A stretch of 64,000 bases of DNA from an uncultured delta proteobacterium (GCA_963778655.1 CAVZVA010000003.1:849481-913480), one strand, 5' to 3'. Shown: positions 1 to 10,850, counted from the stretch's first letter. The notes: generated by a model from the sequence alone, not told the origin. Program-made: numbers and translations.

Positions 1-235
1 GCTGCAGAGTCGCGCGCTCCCGCTGAAGGGGCGGTTGCAACGCCTCCGCTCCAGCCACCACCTGCAACAGACAGGCCCCGCAATTGGCCGCCCGGCACGC
101 GGTCGGCAGGCCCAGCCCGGGCTGCTCGTCGAGCGCGTCGAGCACGCGCTCACCGGCCGCCACTTGCAGCGACGCGGCCGCGGCCCCGGGCCCCAGCAGG
201 CGCACGCGCACCGCGGCTGCGCGCGGCCCGCTCAC
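1..235 (-). CDS. 2Fe-2S ferredoxin-like protein (partial, runs off the window start)
   Basis: Manual translation from GTG at 235, overlapping the TGA of the upstream gene: ...GERVLDALDEQPGLGLPTACRAANCGACLLQV, a C-x4-C-x2-C motif. Confidence 0.8.
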   Translation of the reverse strand, partial: MSGPRAAAVRVRLLGPGAAAASLQVAAGERVLDALDEQPGLGLPTACRAANCGACLLQVVAGAEALQPPLQRERATLQ

Positions 236-981
236 GTGGCCGGGGGCTCGGTGGTGGCCGGCGGGTTGCGCGCCATCCGCAGGTACATCTCCGCGGACTT
301 GTTCTGGGGATCGCGCCGCAGCGCTTCCTCCCACACCTTGATCGCTTCGTGGCGCTGCCCGCTCACCAGCAGCAGCACGCCCAGCGCCACGCGCGCCGGC
401 CCGTAGTCGGGCCGCGTCGCGATCGCTTCCTCCAGCTCGTAGCGCGCCGCGCTCAGATCGCCCATCTGCCGGTAGACCTGGGCGAGCCTGACGCGGATGT
501 CCGCGAACTGCGGGCACAGCCGGATCGCCCCCCGATATTGCTGCACCGCCTCGTTGGCCATGTCCAGCTCGAGATAGGCGGCGGCCAGCTCGGCGTGCAG
601 GTTGGCGATCTTGCCCTTGGCAAAGGGATCGACCTGCTGCTCGCCGCGCGCATCGCGGCGGATCGCGCCGAGATACACCTCCTGGGCGTGCTCGTAGTCG
701 CCGAGGTCGTTGTAGGTCACGGCGAGATTGAGCGCGGCCTCGGTGTAGCTCGGGTTGATGTCGAGCGCGCGCCGGAACGCCTCGCGCGCCTCGTCGAGCC
801 GTCCTTTGTCATGATGGATCACGCCCATCATGTTGTAGATGTCGGCAAAGCGCAGGCCGGAGGCTGTGAGCTTGGAGAGGTAGCGCTCGGCCTTGTCGTA
901 CTCGCGCTTCTCGTAGTGCTCTCGGCCCAGGGCCACCGCCTGTTTGAGCTTGTCGTCCATCCAGGCTCCCGGCGCCGCCAC
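232..981 (-). CDS. Tetratricopeptide repeat protein
   Basis: Repeated TPR-like units (ALDINPSYTEAALNLA, AIRLCPQFADIRVRLA, AIATRPDYGPARVALG). Confidence 0.85.
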   Translation of the reverse strand: MAAPGAWMDDKLKQAVALGREHYEKREYDKAERYLSKLTASGLRFADIYNMMGVIHHDKGRLDEAREAFRRALDINPSYTEAALNLAVTYNDLGDYEHAQEVYLGAIRRDARGEQQVDPFAKGKIANLHAELAAAYLELDMANEAVQQYRGAIRLCPQFADIRVRLAQVYRQMGDLSAARYELEEAIATRPDYGPARVALGVLLLVSGQRHEAIKVWEEALRRDPQNKSAEMYLRMARNPPATTEPPAT

Positions 982-1030
982 TCCCGGCTAGCTCCCGTCC
1001 ACGAGCGCGCGTGCGTAAGGACGCAGATTC

Positions 1031-1096
1031 GCAGGAAGACGGGCAGACGGGAAGGAAACGGGTGCTTTCCGTCCTCCCGTCTTGCTGTCTTCCCGT
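1031..1096. repeat. Intergenic palindromic REP-like element (ACAGGAAGACGGGAAG family)
   Basis: gcaggaagacgggcagacgggaagg ... cctcccgtcttgctgtcttcccgt; related copies near 3554, 7884, 10851, 25114 and 44912. Confidence 0.7.
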
Positions 1097-1229
1097 TGAG
1101 TCCTCGAGCAGGCCCGAGAACGAGGGAATACTGCAAAGATTTCGAGGTCGTGCGACATCGCGCCAGGCCCACCGAGGCGGATCAACTGCAGCGTCCTCGG
1201 TAGAGCGTAGCCCGCCGCTGCGGCCCCAA

Positions 1230-2078
1230 TCAACCGCCGAGATCGTGCAGCTCGTCCCTGGCGTCGTCGGCGTGTGGGTCCTTGGGGTAGTGCGCGACCA
1301 GCTCCTGGAACGCGCGGCGGGCGCCCTTGGGGTCTCGCATCTGTCGATGGCTCTGGCCGAGCAGGTAGAGCGCCTCGGCGTCGAAGCCGCTGCCGGGATA
1401 GCTGCGAAGCAGGGTGTTGAGCCGACCGGCCGCCGCCCGCGGATGGCCGCGGTCGAAGTAGAACTTCGCCACGTACATCTCGTGCGCCGCCAGCAGATGG
1501 ACCACGGCCTGCGCCATGCGCTGCGCCCGCGGCACCAGCTGGTCGTCCGGGAAGTCCAGGATGAAGCGACGCAGCAGGCTCAGGCTCTCGTGCGCGTAGT
1601 GCTGGTCGCGCTCGTAGGCGGGCGGCGACAGCAGCCACTCGCTGGGGATCTGCTTGTAGTTCGCCAGCGCCGCCATGAAGCGGGCGTACGGCACCTCGGG
1701 GTGCGAGGGGCGGTAGCGCACGAACTGGTTGTAGCCCTCAATCGCCTCCAGGTACTTGCCGTCCTTGAGGTTGCAGTCGGCGATGCGCAGGTCCGCGAGC
1801 GCGGCGAAACGACTGTAGGGGTAGTTGCGCCGTACGTTGCGAAGCAACGGCCCGGCCTCGAAGCAGTCGTCGTCGTAGAACTCGTCGAGCGCCTGGGCAT
1901 AGGCGTTGCGAGCGTTGGCCGCGTAGCTGAGCTTGCCGCTGGCGTTGCCGCCGGCGCAGCCGCCCCCGGCGCCCGCGCAAAGGACGCAGAGCCAGAGTGG
2001 GGCCAGCCCGCGGCGGCCCGGTGCCAGCGCGGCGAGCAGGCGCAGGGGGGGCGTGAGCGCGTGCGAGGTGGATGACAC
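1230..2078 (-). CDS. bamD: Outer membrane protein assembly factor BamD (lipoprotein)
   Basis: YPYSRFAALADLRIAD, FVRYRPSHPEVPYARF, ERDQ and LAAHEMYVAKFY motifs; lipobox-like AGGGC; start uncertain. Confidence 0.88.
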   Translation of the reverse strand: MSSTSHALTPPLRLLAALAPGRRGLAPLWLCVLCAGAGGGCAGGNASGKLSYAANARNAYAQALDEFYDDDCFEAGPLLRNVRRNYPYSRFAALADLRIADCNLKDGKYLEAIEGYNQFVRYRPSHPEVPYARFMAALANYKQIPSEWLLSPPAYERDQHYAHESLSLLRRFILDFPDDQLVPRAQRMAQAVVHLLAAHEMYVAKFYFDRGHPRAAAGRLNTLLRSYPGSGFDAEALYLLGQSHRQMRDPKGARRAFQELVAHYPKDPHADDARDELHDLGG

Positions 2079-2255
2079 GCTGCGTGCTCTACCCCGTTCG
2101 AGAGCCCATTTCCACTTGCCCGTGGCCGGGGTAAAACCGGCCTCCGGGTCGCGACTCGCGCCCGCATGGCGGGGCTGAACAAAGCCGTGCCGCCACCCGT
2201 CGCAGCCGGGGGATCGAGGCCGCACCCGAATACTCCGGGCATCAAGGTAAAACAC

Positions 2256-3536
2256 GTGAAAATTCGCGCGGTTATGCTGCTAGTCGGGGTCTCGATGGTG
2301 GGCTCGCTGGGGGCCGCCCCTGCGCACGCCCAGGAAACCGCCCTGCCGGCGTTGCGCGAGGCCGCCAGGCAGGCGCCGTCGGACCTTTCGGCGCAGCGTG
2401 CCCTGGGGCGGGCGCTGATCGCCGCCGGCCGGCTCAAGGAAGCCGCGGCCCAGATGGCAATCGTGGAGCGCCTATCCAAGGGCTCGATCGAGGGCATGTA
2501 CGAGGCGATGCGCCCGCTGCTCGCGTCGGAAAGCTACGCGCGCGCGCGCGCTGGCTGCGCGCGCTTGATCAAGAAGGCGCCCAAGCACGTGCTGTCGCAG
2601 GTGTGCATGGCGCGCGCGTTTCTGGTGTGGCGCCGCAGCTCGCGCGCCTTCGACTACATCGACAAGGCGCTCGCGGCCGACCCGAACAACTTCGAGGCGC
2701 AGCTCGTGCTGGCGGACGCCAAGCGCATCGAAGGCCGCTTCGGCGAGGCAGTCCAGGCCTACCAGCGCGCGCTGCAGCTCGACCCGAGCAGTGCACAGGC
2801 GCAGCTCGGGCTAGGGCTCACCTACGCGCTGCAGAACAAGCCGGCGGACGCGCTTTCGGCGTTGCGCAAGGCCAGCACGCTCGACCCGCGCGATCCCGAC
2901 GTGCAGTACCAGCTGGGACGCAGGCTGGAGGGCCCGCAAGCGGTGGCGCTGCTGCAACAAGCCGTGGCCGGTCGCCCGGGCTGGCTGGACGCCGAGCGCG
3001 AGCTGGCGACGGCCCAGCTGCACGCCGGCGACGCCCAGGGCGCCGACGTAGGGCTGCTGGCGCTGCTCAAGCGCAAGCCCGACGACCCGATTGCCACGGC
3101 CCAGCACGGCGCCGCGCTGGTCGCGCTCGGCCGCTACGACGAGGCCGAGCCGGTGCTGCGCAAGGCACTCAAGCTGGTGCCCAACGACTACGACACCTCC
3201 TTCGCGCTGGCTCAGCTCTACGAGCGGACCAAGCGCTACGAGGAGGCGTTCGCCCAGTACCGCAACGCTGCCGATCTGAAGCGCGAGAGCCCGGCGCCGC
3301 TGATCGCGGCGGCCAGGCTGGGCCTGTCGCTGGGGCGGCCGACGCTCTCGAGCGCCTTGCTCGACAAGGCGCTCGAGCGGACCCCGCGCTCGGCGGAAGC
3401 GCTGGCGCTGTACGGTGACGCCCTGGCTGCGCGGGGCGACGTCAAAGGCGCGCGCAACCGTTACGAGCGTGCGCTGCAGGGCGAGGGCCCGCTCGATCGC
3501 GCAGCGGTGCAGAAGCGCCTGGCCGCGCTCAAGTGA
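2256..3536 (+). CDS. Secreted TPR protein
   Basis: Signal peptide ending APAHA followed by multiple TPR units. Confidence 0.8.
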   Translation: MKIRAVMLLVGVSMVGSLGAAPAHAQETALPALREAARQAPSDLSAQRALGRALIAAGRLKEAAAQMAIVERLSKGSIEGMYEAMRPLLASESYARARAGCARLIKKAPKHVLSQVCMARAFLVWRRSSRAFDYIDKALAADPNNFEAQLVLADAKRIEGRFGEAVQAYQRALQLDPSSAQAQLGLGLTYALQNKPADALSALRKASTLDPRDPDVQYQLGRRLEGPQAVALLQQAVAGRPGWLDAERELATAQLHAGDAQGADVGLLALLKRKPDDPIATAQHGAALVALGRYDEAEPVLRKALKLVPNDYDTSFALAQLYERTKRYEEAFAQYRNAADLKRESPAPLIAAARLGLSLGRPTLSSALLDKALERTPRSAEALALYGDALAARGDVKGARNRYERALQGEGPLDRAAVQKRLAALK

Positions 3537-3669
3537 CCGACCCGCGGCAGATACAACGGGAAGACGGGCAGCACAGCAATTTTGCCTGCCCTTCCCGTCC
3601 TCCGGCCTGCTGGGCCTCGATCGCTGCCTCGCGCGTGACGAGAGGCGCTGATGGTGTAGATTGCGGCGC

Positions 3670-4035
3670 GTGCGCACCGAGATCGCCCGCAGCTATGACA
3701 TCGAGGCGGCCCATCGCTTGCCGAACGTGCCCGCCGGCCACAAGTGCGCGCGGCTGCACGGGCACAGCTTCAAGATCACGCTGCACGTGACCGGCGAGGT
3801 CGACGCCGAACGGGGCTGGATCCTCGACTTCGCTGCGGTCGATCGGGCGTTCGAGCCGCTGTTCTCGCAGCTCGACCACAACTACCTCAACGAGGTGTCG
3901 GGGCTCGACAACCCCACCAGCGAGGTGCTGGCGCACTGGGTGCTGGAGCGGCTGCGGCTTCCTGCGGGTCGGCTCTGCGCGGTCACGGTGGGCGAGACCT
4001 GCAACGCGCGTTGCACGGTGTATGCCGATCCATAG
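3670..4035 (+). CDS. queD: 6-carboxy-5,6,7,8-tetrahydropterin synthase
   Basis: EAAHRLP, KCARLHGHSF, LDHNYLNEVSGLDNPTSE and VGET motifs. Confidence 0.92.
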   Translation: MRTEIARSYDIEAAHRLPNVPAGHKCARLHGHSFKITLHVTGEVDAERGWILDFAAVDRAFEPLFSQLDHNYLNEVSGLDNPTSEVLAHWVLERLRLPAGRLCAVTVGETCNARCTVYADP

Positions 4036-4807
4036 CGACGGCCGGCCGCGGCGCGTGCTCGGTGCCGCGCTGGCCTCGGCGCGCACTGCGGCGCTCGGAG
4101 CATGGACGATCGGAGTGGGTCAGGCGGCCTTGCTGCACGCGCGCATCGCGCCGGGCGCGCCTCAAATCACGCTGCGCCAGCGCTGGGTTCAGCTGTGGGC
4201 GCGCGGGCTGCTGCGCGTGTTCGGCGTCGAGCAACGCTGGCTGGCGCTCGCCGATGAGCGGCAGGGCCCGGCCGGACCGCGGCTGGTGGTCGCGAACCAC
4301 CGCTCGCCGCTCGACATCATCCTGATGCTCGGGCACTTCCGCGGCTCGGTGCTGGGGCGGCACGACCTCGAGGGCTGGCCCGTGCTCGGTTGGGCCGCGC
4401 GACACGGCGGAACCATTTTCGTCGATCGCGAGGACGCGCGCAGCGGGGTCAAGGCGATCCGCGAGATCCGGCGGCGATTGTCCGGCGGCCAAACCGTGAT
4501 CGTCTTCCCCGAGGGCACCACGCACGGCGGCGACCAGGTGCGCCCTTTTCAGGGCGGCGCATTCGCGGCGGTGCGGGGCCTGCAGGCCGAGCTGGTGCCA
4601 GTGGGAATCGCGTACGAGCCGGGCTCCGAGTTCGTGGAGGAGAGCTTCGGCCGGCACCTGGGACGGATGGCGCAGCGCAGCAAGACGCGTGTCGCGCTGT
4701 GCGTGGGGCAACCGCGTCCGGCACAGGGCAACCGCGAGGCCATGGCCGCGCAGATGCACGACGACGTCCAGGCCCTGGTACACAAGGCGCGCGCAGCACT
4801 GGGCTGA
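4022..4807 (+). CDS. Lysophospholipid acyltransferase (PlsC family)
   Basis: ANHRSPLD, FVDR and FPEGT motifs. Confidence 0.88.
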   Translation: MPIHSDGRPRRVLGAALASARTAALGAWTIGVGQAALLHARIAPGAPQITLRQRWVQLWARGLLRVFGVEQRWLALADERQGPAGPRLVVANHRSPLDIILMLGHFRGSVLGRHDLEGWPVLGWAARHGGTIFVDREDARSGVKAIREIRRRLSGGQTVIVFPEGTTHGGDQVRPFQGGAFAAVRGLQAELVPVGIAYEPGSEFVEESFGRHLGRMAQRSKTRVALCVGQPRPAQGNREAMAAQMHDDVQALVHKARAALG

Positions 4808-5021
4808 TTCGCGAGCCGACGCTCCCGCGTGCGCAGCATGTGCTGCATCGCCTTGCTGCGCGCGGAGGACTAGGGGCGGGTGCGGGTGGCCGGTGGTCAT
4901 CCGCAGCGAGTGGGATGGACGCGCCGCAACGCGTCGCAAACTGGACCCCGCCGCGAGGACTTGAATACCTGGGCCGTTCACGCGTACAAGCCAGAAGGCG
5001 GTCAAAGGAGGAAATGGCCCC

Positions 5022-5408
5022 ATGATCCAGCATCTCGCCGCGCTCCTGTTGTTGGCCGCCGTGCCCGCGATCGCGCCGCAGCCGGCCGCCGTGGGCCCGC
5101 TGCGCGTGGCTGCACCGCCCAAGAAGCCTCCCGCGGCCGACAAGCCGGCGCCCCCCGAGCAGCCCGCGATGAGCTGCGTGCTGCGCACTCCAGAGGGGCC
5201 GCGCGGAGGCCGGCTCGAGATCGAAGGCCGTGGCTTCGGCCAGGCCCCACTGGTGCGCATCGCGGGCAAGGTGACGCGGATGCTCGAGCGCACGGAGACC
5301 AAGATCTCGGTGCAGATCCCCGCCGATTCCGACGGCGGCCTGGTCACCGTGAGCTCGGGCAAGACCGAGATCCCCTGCGGCACGCTGACCATCATTGGCA
5401 AGGACTGA
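5022..5408 (+). CDS. Small secreted protein with an IPT/TIG-like domain
   Basis: Signal peptide, Pro-rich linker, LEIEGRGFG...ISVQIP pattern; GAGG RBS upstream. Confidence 0.6.
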   Translation: MIQHLAALLLLAAVPAIAPQPAAVGPLRVAAPPKKPPAADKPAPPEQPAMSCVLRTPEGPRGGRLEIEGRGFGQAPLVRIAGKVTRMLERTETKISVQIPADSDGGLVTVSSGKTEIPCGTLTIIGKD

Positions 5409-5564
5409 CGTAACCGGGAGGGTGACGCGTCCGGGGCGTGCGCGCGGAAGCAAGTTTCTGCTTCCGGAACGCAAGATCAGTACAGGCCTCGGTTAATTTC
5501 ACCGCGCGACATCACCCCACTACCATCGACAGACGTCGGCCGCACGAACGGTCGCTTCCAGTCG

Positions 5565-7829
5565 ATGTTCCAAGACAACTCTCACGAAATCGGTTTCGGT
5601 CGCCCGCACCCTTCCCTGCTCGCCGCGAGCGATCGAGCGCACGAGTTGCGCGAGCTGCTGCTCGGCGAGGATTGCTCGCTGCGCGAGCTGCCTGCGCTGC
5701 CGGACTTGATCGCGGGCCTCGCGGCGCTCGCGGGCGGCGTGCGGCGCAAAGTGGTGCTGGCGCTCAGCGATGAGCCGGCCGAGATCGCGCTGGTGAGGTG
5801 CGGCAGCCAGGTGCAGGTCGAGTGCTACAGCACCGAGAGCAAGCCGGAGATCTACCTGCTGGCGCGGCGCATCAGTCTGCGCCAGCTGCTCGATACCTGC
5901 GCGGAAGCGGCGGAACCGCCGGCACACGGCGAGCCCGATGCGACCTCCGGCGCCGTGCTGCAGCAGCTGCGCGAGCGCATCGAGCAGACGGCGATCGCGC
6001 CCGATCCTCACCTTGGCCTGCGACCCTTGCGCTATAGCGGCGGCAGCCTGGAGAGCCCGGGCGCGGAGGTGCCGCTGGCGTTCGGCTTCTGCGCCGAGAT
6101 CGTGCCCGCAGTCGACGCCGCGCCCGAATCCCACGCCTTCGACGACGTGCACGCCCTGCTCTTCCACGGCAGCTTGTGGGCGTTCGCGGCCGGCAAGCGC
6201 ATCGCGGTGCTCGAGGGGCCGCTGATGCTCGCGGCCCAGCGCATGGTGGCGGCGGTCCGCGCGCTTTGCGACGCCTGGCAGGCCGGTCGCAACATGCACG
6301 TGCGCTTGCGCAGCGGCGGCTTCTGGATCGCGGTGCGGCAAGAACGCGGCGGCGAGGTGACGCTGACGCTGAGCGGCGGGGGCGGAGAGCCGGTCACCTG
6401 GCCCGCGCTCGATGTGCACGCAGCAGCGCTGCCCATTTTGCGCCTGTGCTCGGACCTGATCCGCAAGCTGATCGCGCACGACCGGCGCCAGCGCCACAAC
6501 CTGCGGGTCGCCGCGCTGCGCGCCGAAATCCGCGCGCTGCGTCGCATCATCGGCGCTCGCGCCCGGCGCGAGAGCTTCGAAAACGCCGACCCCGAGCGGC
6601 TGCGCCTGGCCGCGCCAGAGCCGCAGCCGCGCGCGCGCCTGAGCCTGACCGGCTTGATGCGGCAACCGACGCCGTTGCGTTACACCGAGCGCTGGAGCGT
6701 CGAGGTCGATGGCCTCGACGCGGGCGCGGTGTATCTGTGTGGCGAGCGCATGGTGGTAGCGGCGCAGAAGCTGACCCTCGCGTTCAGCCGTAGCGCCGGC
6801 GACGTGTTGTGGTCGTATCCGAGCGCAGGCGCGACCACGATGATGGCCGGGCACACGCTGCTGCGGCTGTTCCCCGACGGCTCGCTGGAGCTGCACGGGG
6901 TCGAGGACGGCACGGTTCGCGCTCGCGCGCAGCTCACGAGTCGCGCGGGCGTCGAAGGTCCGGCGCTGTCGGTGGGCGGCGGCGGCTTGCCGCCGATGGC
7001 GATCCTGACCGAAGGCGGACGGCAGCTGTGCGCCATCGATCTGCGCACTGGGCAACCGCGCTGGCGCTTTCGCGCGCACGGGCCGGGCGGGCTGCAACTC
7101 ACGCGCAGCGGGCGCGTGCTGTGCGTGACTTCCGGCGACGGCACCGTCGACGCGCTCGACGTGACCACCGGCGAGGTGGTATGGCGCTTCGGCGACGACG
7201 CGCGCTTCGCGCTCAAGCCCGCGATCTGCCGCGAGGTGGTGATCGCGGTCGCGGGCGAGCCACGCGGCGGCGGCGGCGCGGTCTACGGCATCGAGCTGTA
7301 CAGCGGCAAGCGCTTGTGGCGGCGCGAGCTGCCGGCCGCGCCCAGCGGCGATCCGCTGGACGCCGCCGAGGCGGCGATTGTGGCCTATGGGCGCTCGCGC
7401 CAGGCGCGCTTGCTGGCCCTGGAACCGCACACCGGCAACCCGCTGTTCGACCAGGCCGACCCAGGACTCGACAACGGCGGCCAAGGACTGTACCTGGACG
7501 GCGCGTTGATCGTGAACACGCCCTCGGGACGCGTGCTGGCGCTCGACCTGCGCAGCGGCGAGCCGCGCTGGCAGCGCGCACTGTCCAATCCGCTGACCGA
7601 CGACGTTCCCCGTCAGCTAGAGCCGGTGGTGAGACAGAGCGCGCTGTTCGTACCGTCGGCGCAGGTTCACGTGCTGCGACCCCACGACGGGGATCCCTTG
7701 TGCCAGGTCGGATGCGATCTGGTGCCCGACTATCTGCGCGTGGACGAGCGCGGCTGGTTGTACGTGGCCGAGGAGAGCGGCCACCTGCGCGCCTACGCCG
7801 CCGCGCCGCACCTGTCGCTCGTCCGCTGA
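5565..7829 (+). CDS. Protein with a C-terminal PQQ-like beta-propeller
   Basis: Repeats AIDLRTGQPRWRF, ALDVTTGEVVWRF and ALDLRSGEPRWQR. Confidence 0.8.
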   Translation: MFQDNSHEIGFGRPHPSLLAASDRAHELRELLLGEDCSLRELPALPDLIAGLAALAGGVRRKVVLALSDEPAEIALVRCGSQVQVECYSTESKPEIYLLARRISLRQLLDTCAEAAEPPAHGEPDATSGAVLQQLRERIEQTAIAPDPHLGLRPLRYSGGSLESPGAEVPLAFGFCAEIVPAVDAAPESHAFDDVHALLFHGSLWAFAAGKRIAVLEGPLMLAAQRMVAAVRALCDAWQAGRNMHVRLRSGGFWIAVRQERGGEVTLTLSGGGGEPVTWPALDVHAAALPILRLCSDLIRKLIAHDRRQRHNLRVAALRAEIRALRRIIGARARRESFENADPERLRLAAPEPQPRARLSLTGLMRQPTPLRYTERWSVEVDGLDAGAVYLCGERMVVAAQKLTLAFSRSAGDVLWSYPSAGATTMMAGHTLLRLFPDGSLELHGVEDGTVRARAQLTSRAGVEGPALSVGGGGLPPMAILTEGGRQLCAIDLRTGQPRWRFRAHGPGGLQLTRSGRVLCVTSGDGTVDALDVTTGEVVWRFGDDARFALKPAICREVVIAVAGEPRGGGGAVYGIELYSGKRLWRRELPAAPSGDPLDAAEAAIVAYGRSRQARLLALEPHTGNPLFDQADPGLDNGGQGLYLDGALIVNTPSGRVLALDLRSGEPRWQRALSNPLTDDVPRQLEPVVRQSALFVPSAQVHVLRPHDGDPLCQVGCDLVPDYLRVDERGWLYVAEESGHLRAYAAAPHLSLVR

Positions 7830-8012
7830 AGCCAGCATCGCGAGCACGCGGCCTCGGTGCGAAGTCGGCGGCGCCGCAGCAATTCACGAGACGACGGGAA
7901 GCCCAAGTGCATCTTCCCGCCTTCCTGTTGCATCTATGCCCCCACCCTACAGCCGGCAATGCTGCACGCCCGCGAAGACGGAAGGCCGCGTTCCTGTTGC
8001 ATCTGCCCCGCG

Positions 8013-8829
8013 TTACAACCGGCGGTGTTGCAGGCTCGGCAGGGCTTTGCGCACGCGGGCGACCACGTCGGGCTCGATGCTCGCGAGCGCGTAGCCCTCG
8101 CCCTCGCCGTGCTCGGCGAGCACCGTTCCCCAGGGATCGCAGATCAGCGCATGGCCGTAGGACACGCGCTGGCCGAAGTGGCGGCCGGTCTGGGCGGCGG
8201 CGATCACGTAGCACTGCGCCTCGATCGCGCGCGCGCGCAGCAGCACGTGCCAGTGGTCCTTGCCCGTGGTCAGCGTGAACGCCGCCGGCACGGTCAGCGC
8301 GATCGCGCCACGGTCGACCAGCGCGCGGTACAGCTCAGGAAAGCGCAGGTCGTAGCACACCGACAAGCCCAGCTTGCCGAACGCGGTATCGGTCACCACC
8401 GGCTCTGCACCAGGCTCCACGCTGGCCGACTCCCGCAGGCTGGTGCCGTCGGGGAGATCGACGTCGAAGAGGTGGATCTTGCGGTATACGGCCCGGATCG
8501 CACCGTCGGTGCCGAGGTGCACGCAGGCGTTGCGCACCTTGTTCGGTTCGCTCGCGCGTTCCCAGAACCCGCCCAGCACGAGCTCGGCCGCGCGCGCGCG
8601 CGCCAGCGCCGCGAAGCGCGCCAGGATCGGGCCGCCCTGGGGCAGCGGCTCGGCCACCCCGAGCTTCAGCTGCTCGGGTCCGAGCAGCGCGAAGCACTCG
8701 GGCAGGACCACCAGTCTGGCACCGTCTTCGATCGCCTCGCTGCACAGGCGCTCGGCAGTGGTCAGATTGCGCTCCAGGTTCTCGGTCGACGTCATCTGTA
8801 CGGCCGCGACCTTGATTCTTGCTCGCCAT
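8013..8829 (-). CDS. Carbon-nitrogen hydrolase (Nit / deaminated glutathione amidase family); apparent 1-nt frameshift near the start
   Basis: VLPE, YRKIHLFD and SVCYDLRFPE catalytic motifs; ATG at 8829 is out of frame with IKVAAVQM. Confidence 0.88.
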
Positions 8830-8873
8830 GCGCCTTGACCTCGCAGACAACACGCGCGCCGTCAAGCGGTCGC

Positions 8874-9362
8874 TCAGCGCCGGCTCGGGACAGGCGCGGA
8901 GCGGAGCTCGCGCAGCGCCGAGAGCACGTTCTCCAGGTGCATGGCGATGCGGAACTCATGGTCGAAGCGGCCGATCACGTAGCCCTCGGGATCGATCAGG
9001 AAGGTGACGCGCTTGGCCACCGGCCACAACCGGCGGTCGACGGCGTAGGCGCGGCAGATGGCCGCGTCGGCGTCCGAGACGATCGGAAAGCGGACCTCGT
9101 AATCGCTGGCAAACTTGCACTGCACGACTTCGGTGTCGCGGCTCACCCCGAGCACATCCGCGCCCAGGGCCTGCAGCTCCGTGTGATGGTCGCGAAACAG
9201 GATCGTCTCCTGCGTGCAGCCTGGAGTGAACGACTTGGGATAGAAGTAGAGCACCAGGTACTTGCCGCGGTAGTCCGCGAGGTTGACGCTCTGACCGGTC
9301 GAGGACTTGGCGACGAACAGCGGCGCTTTGAAGCGCTGGCGCACCGAGCCGAAGAGCTCCAT
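8874..9362 (-). CDS. bcp: Peroxiredoxin (BCP family)
   Basis: LYFYPKSFTPGCTQE motif and RVTFLID. Confidence 0.85.
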   Translation of the reverse strand: MELFGSVRQRFKAPLFVAKSSTGQSVNLADYRGKYLVLYFYPKSFTPGCTQETILFRDHHTELQALGADVLGVSRDTEVVQCKFASDYEVRFPIVSDADAAICRAYAVDRRLWPVAKRVTFLIDPEGYVIGRFDHEFRIAMHLENVLSALRELRSAPVPSRR

Positions 9363-9466
9363 CGGGCTCATTGTCCGGGACAACGCGGTGCAGCACAACC
9401 TCGCCGGCTCGGCAAACCCGGGTAGGTCGCAGCCCCGCGCACACGAGGCCCCCCGGCCCCCACACC

Positions 9467-10789
9467 CTATCCCACGCAGGTGCGATAGATAGCGCGTACG
9501 GCTTGCTCGAAGTCGTCTTCCTTCACGCCGACGATGATGTTGAGCTCACCCGAGCCCTGGTCGATCATGCGGATATTGACCTGCGCCGAGGCGAGGGCGC
9601 TCATCACCCGAGCCGCCATCCCGGGAATGTGCATCATGCCCCGCCCCACGGTGGCGATCAGCGCAATCCCGTGCTCCACCTCGACCGCGTCGGGCTCACA
9701 TTCGAGCTTGATCTCGCGCACGACGCGGTCGAGCTTGCCCTCGAGCTCGCCGGTGCTCACCACCAAGCACACGGTGTCGATACCCGAGGGCATGTGCTCG
9801 AAGCTAATGCCCTGGCTCTCGAGCACCGCGAGGATACGACGACCGAAGCCGATCTCGGCGTTCATCAGCGTCTTCTCGATCGCAATGATCGAAAAGCCCT
9901 TGCGCCCTGCGACCCCCGTGATCTCGCCGGTGTAGGGCAGCGTGCCGCCGCCGTTGCCGCGCACGATCATGGTTCCTGGATCGTCGGGGTCGTTGGTGTT
10001 GCGAATGTTGACCGGGATGCCGGATTCCCGCACCGGAAAGATGGCCTCGTCGTGCAGCACGGTCGCGCCCATGTACGCCAGCTCCCGGAGCTCGCGGTAG
10101 GTCAGGGTCTCGATCTTCTTGGGGTTGTCGACGATGCGTGGATCGGCCATCAGCAGGCCCGACACGTCGGTCCAGTTCTCGTACACGTCGGCGTGCACGC
10201 CGCGCGCCACGATCGCGCCTGTGATGTCGGAGCCCCCACGCGAGAAGGTCTTGACGCTGCCGTCTGGCCCGCGCCCGTAGAAACCGCTCACCACGCCCCG
10301 CTCGTGTCGGGCCAGGCGGGCTGCGACCGCGCGGTTGGTCTCCTCGGGCAGAAAGACCCCGCGCTCGTCGAACAACACGATCTCGGCGGGGTCGACAAAG
10401 TCGTAGCCGAGCAGGGCCGCCACGACATGTCCGTGGATGAACTCACCGCGGCTCGCACAGTAGTCTGGACCCGCGCCGCCGACGATATGGGCACGGATGT
10501 CGTCTAGAATCGCATCGATGTCGAGCCGCAGGCCCAGGTCGGAGACGATCTCGCGGTAACGCAGAGCGATACTGGCGAACACGTCGTCGAAGCCGAAGCC
10601 TCGCTTGGCATGCTCGTGGCACAGATACAACAGATCGGTGACCTTGTGGTCCGTGGGGCTGCGCTTGCCGGGCGCGGACGGCACCACCCAGCGCCGCGCG
10701 GGGTCGGCCTCGACGATGCTCTGGACACGCCGCAGCTGCGCCGCGTCGGCCACGCTGGTCCCACCGAACTTGCACACCTTGAGGGTCAT
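9467..10789 (-). CDS. lysC: Aspartate kinase
   Basis: KFGGTSVA, TFSRGGSDITGA, WTDVSG and C-terminal ACT domains. Confidence 0.9.
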   Translation of the reverse strand: MTLKVCKFGGTSVADAAQLRRVQSIVEADPARRWVVPSAPGKRSPTDHKVTDLLYLCHEHAKRGFGFDDVFASIALRYREIVSDLGLRLDIDAILDDIRAHIVGGAGPDYCASRGEFIHGHVVAALLGYDFVDPAEIVLFDERGVFLPEETNRAVAARLARHERGVVSGFYGRGPDGSVKTFSRGGSDITGAIVARGVHADVYENWTDVSGLLMADPRIVDNPKKIETLTYRELRELAYMGATVLHDEAIFPVRESGIPVNIRNTNDPDDPGTMIVRGNGGGTLPYTGEITGVAGRKGFSIIAIEKTLMNAEIGFGRRILAVLESQGISFEHMPSGIDTVCLVVSTGELEGKLDRVVREIKLECEPDAVEVEHGIALIATVGRGMMHIPGMAARVMSALASAQVNIRMIDQGSGELNIIVGVKEDDFEQAVRAIYRTCVG

Positions 10790-10850
10790 GAGCTCGAACC
10801 GTAGCGTGCCACGCCTGCGGCCCGGGCACACGAGGTCTGGGATTCACGAA

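Noticed and set aside
8795..8829. Nitrilase as a pseudogene
   Set aside because: The rest of the gene is intact; a single extra A near the start is more likely a sequencing error, though reads are needed to confirm.
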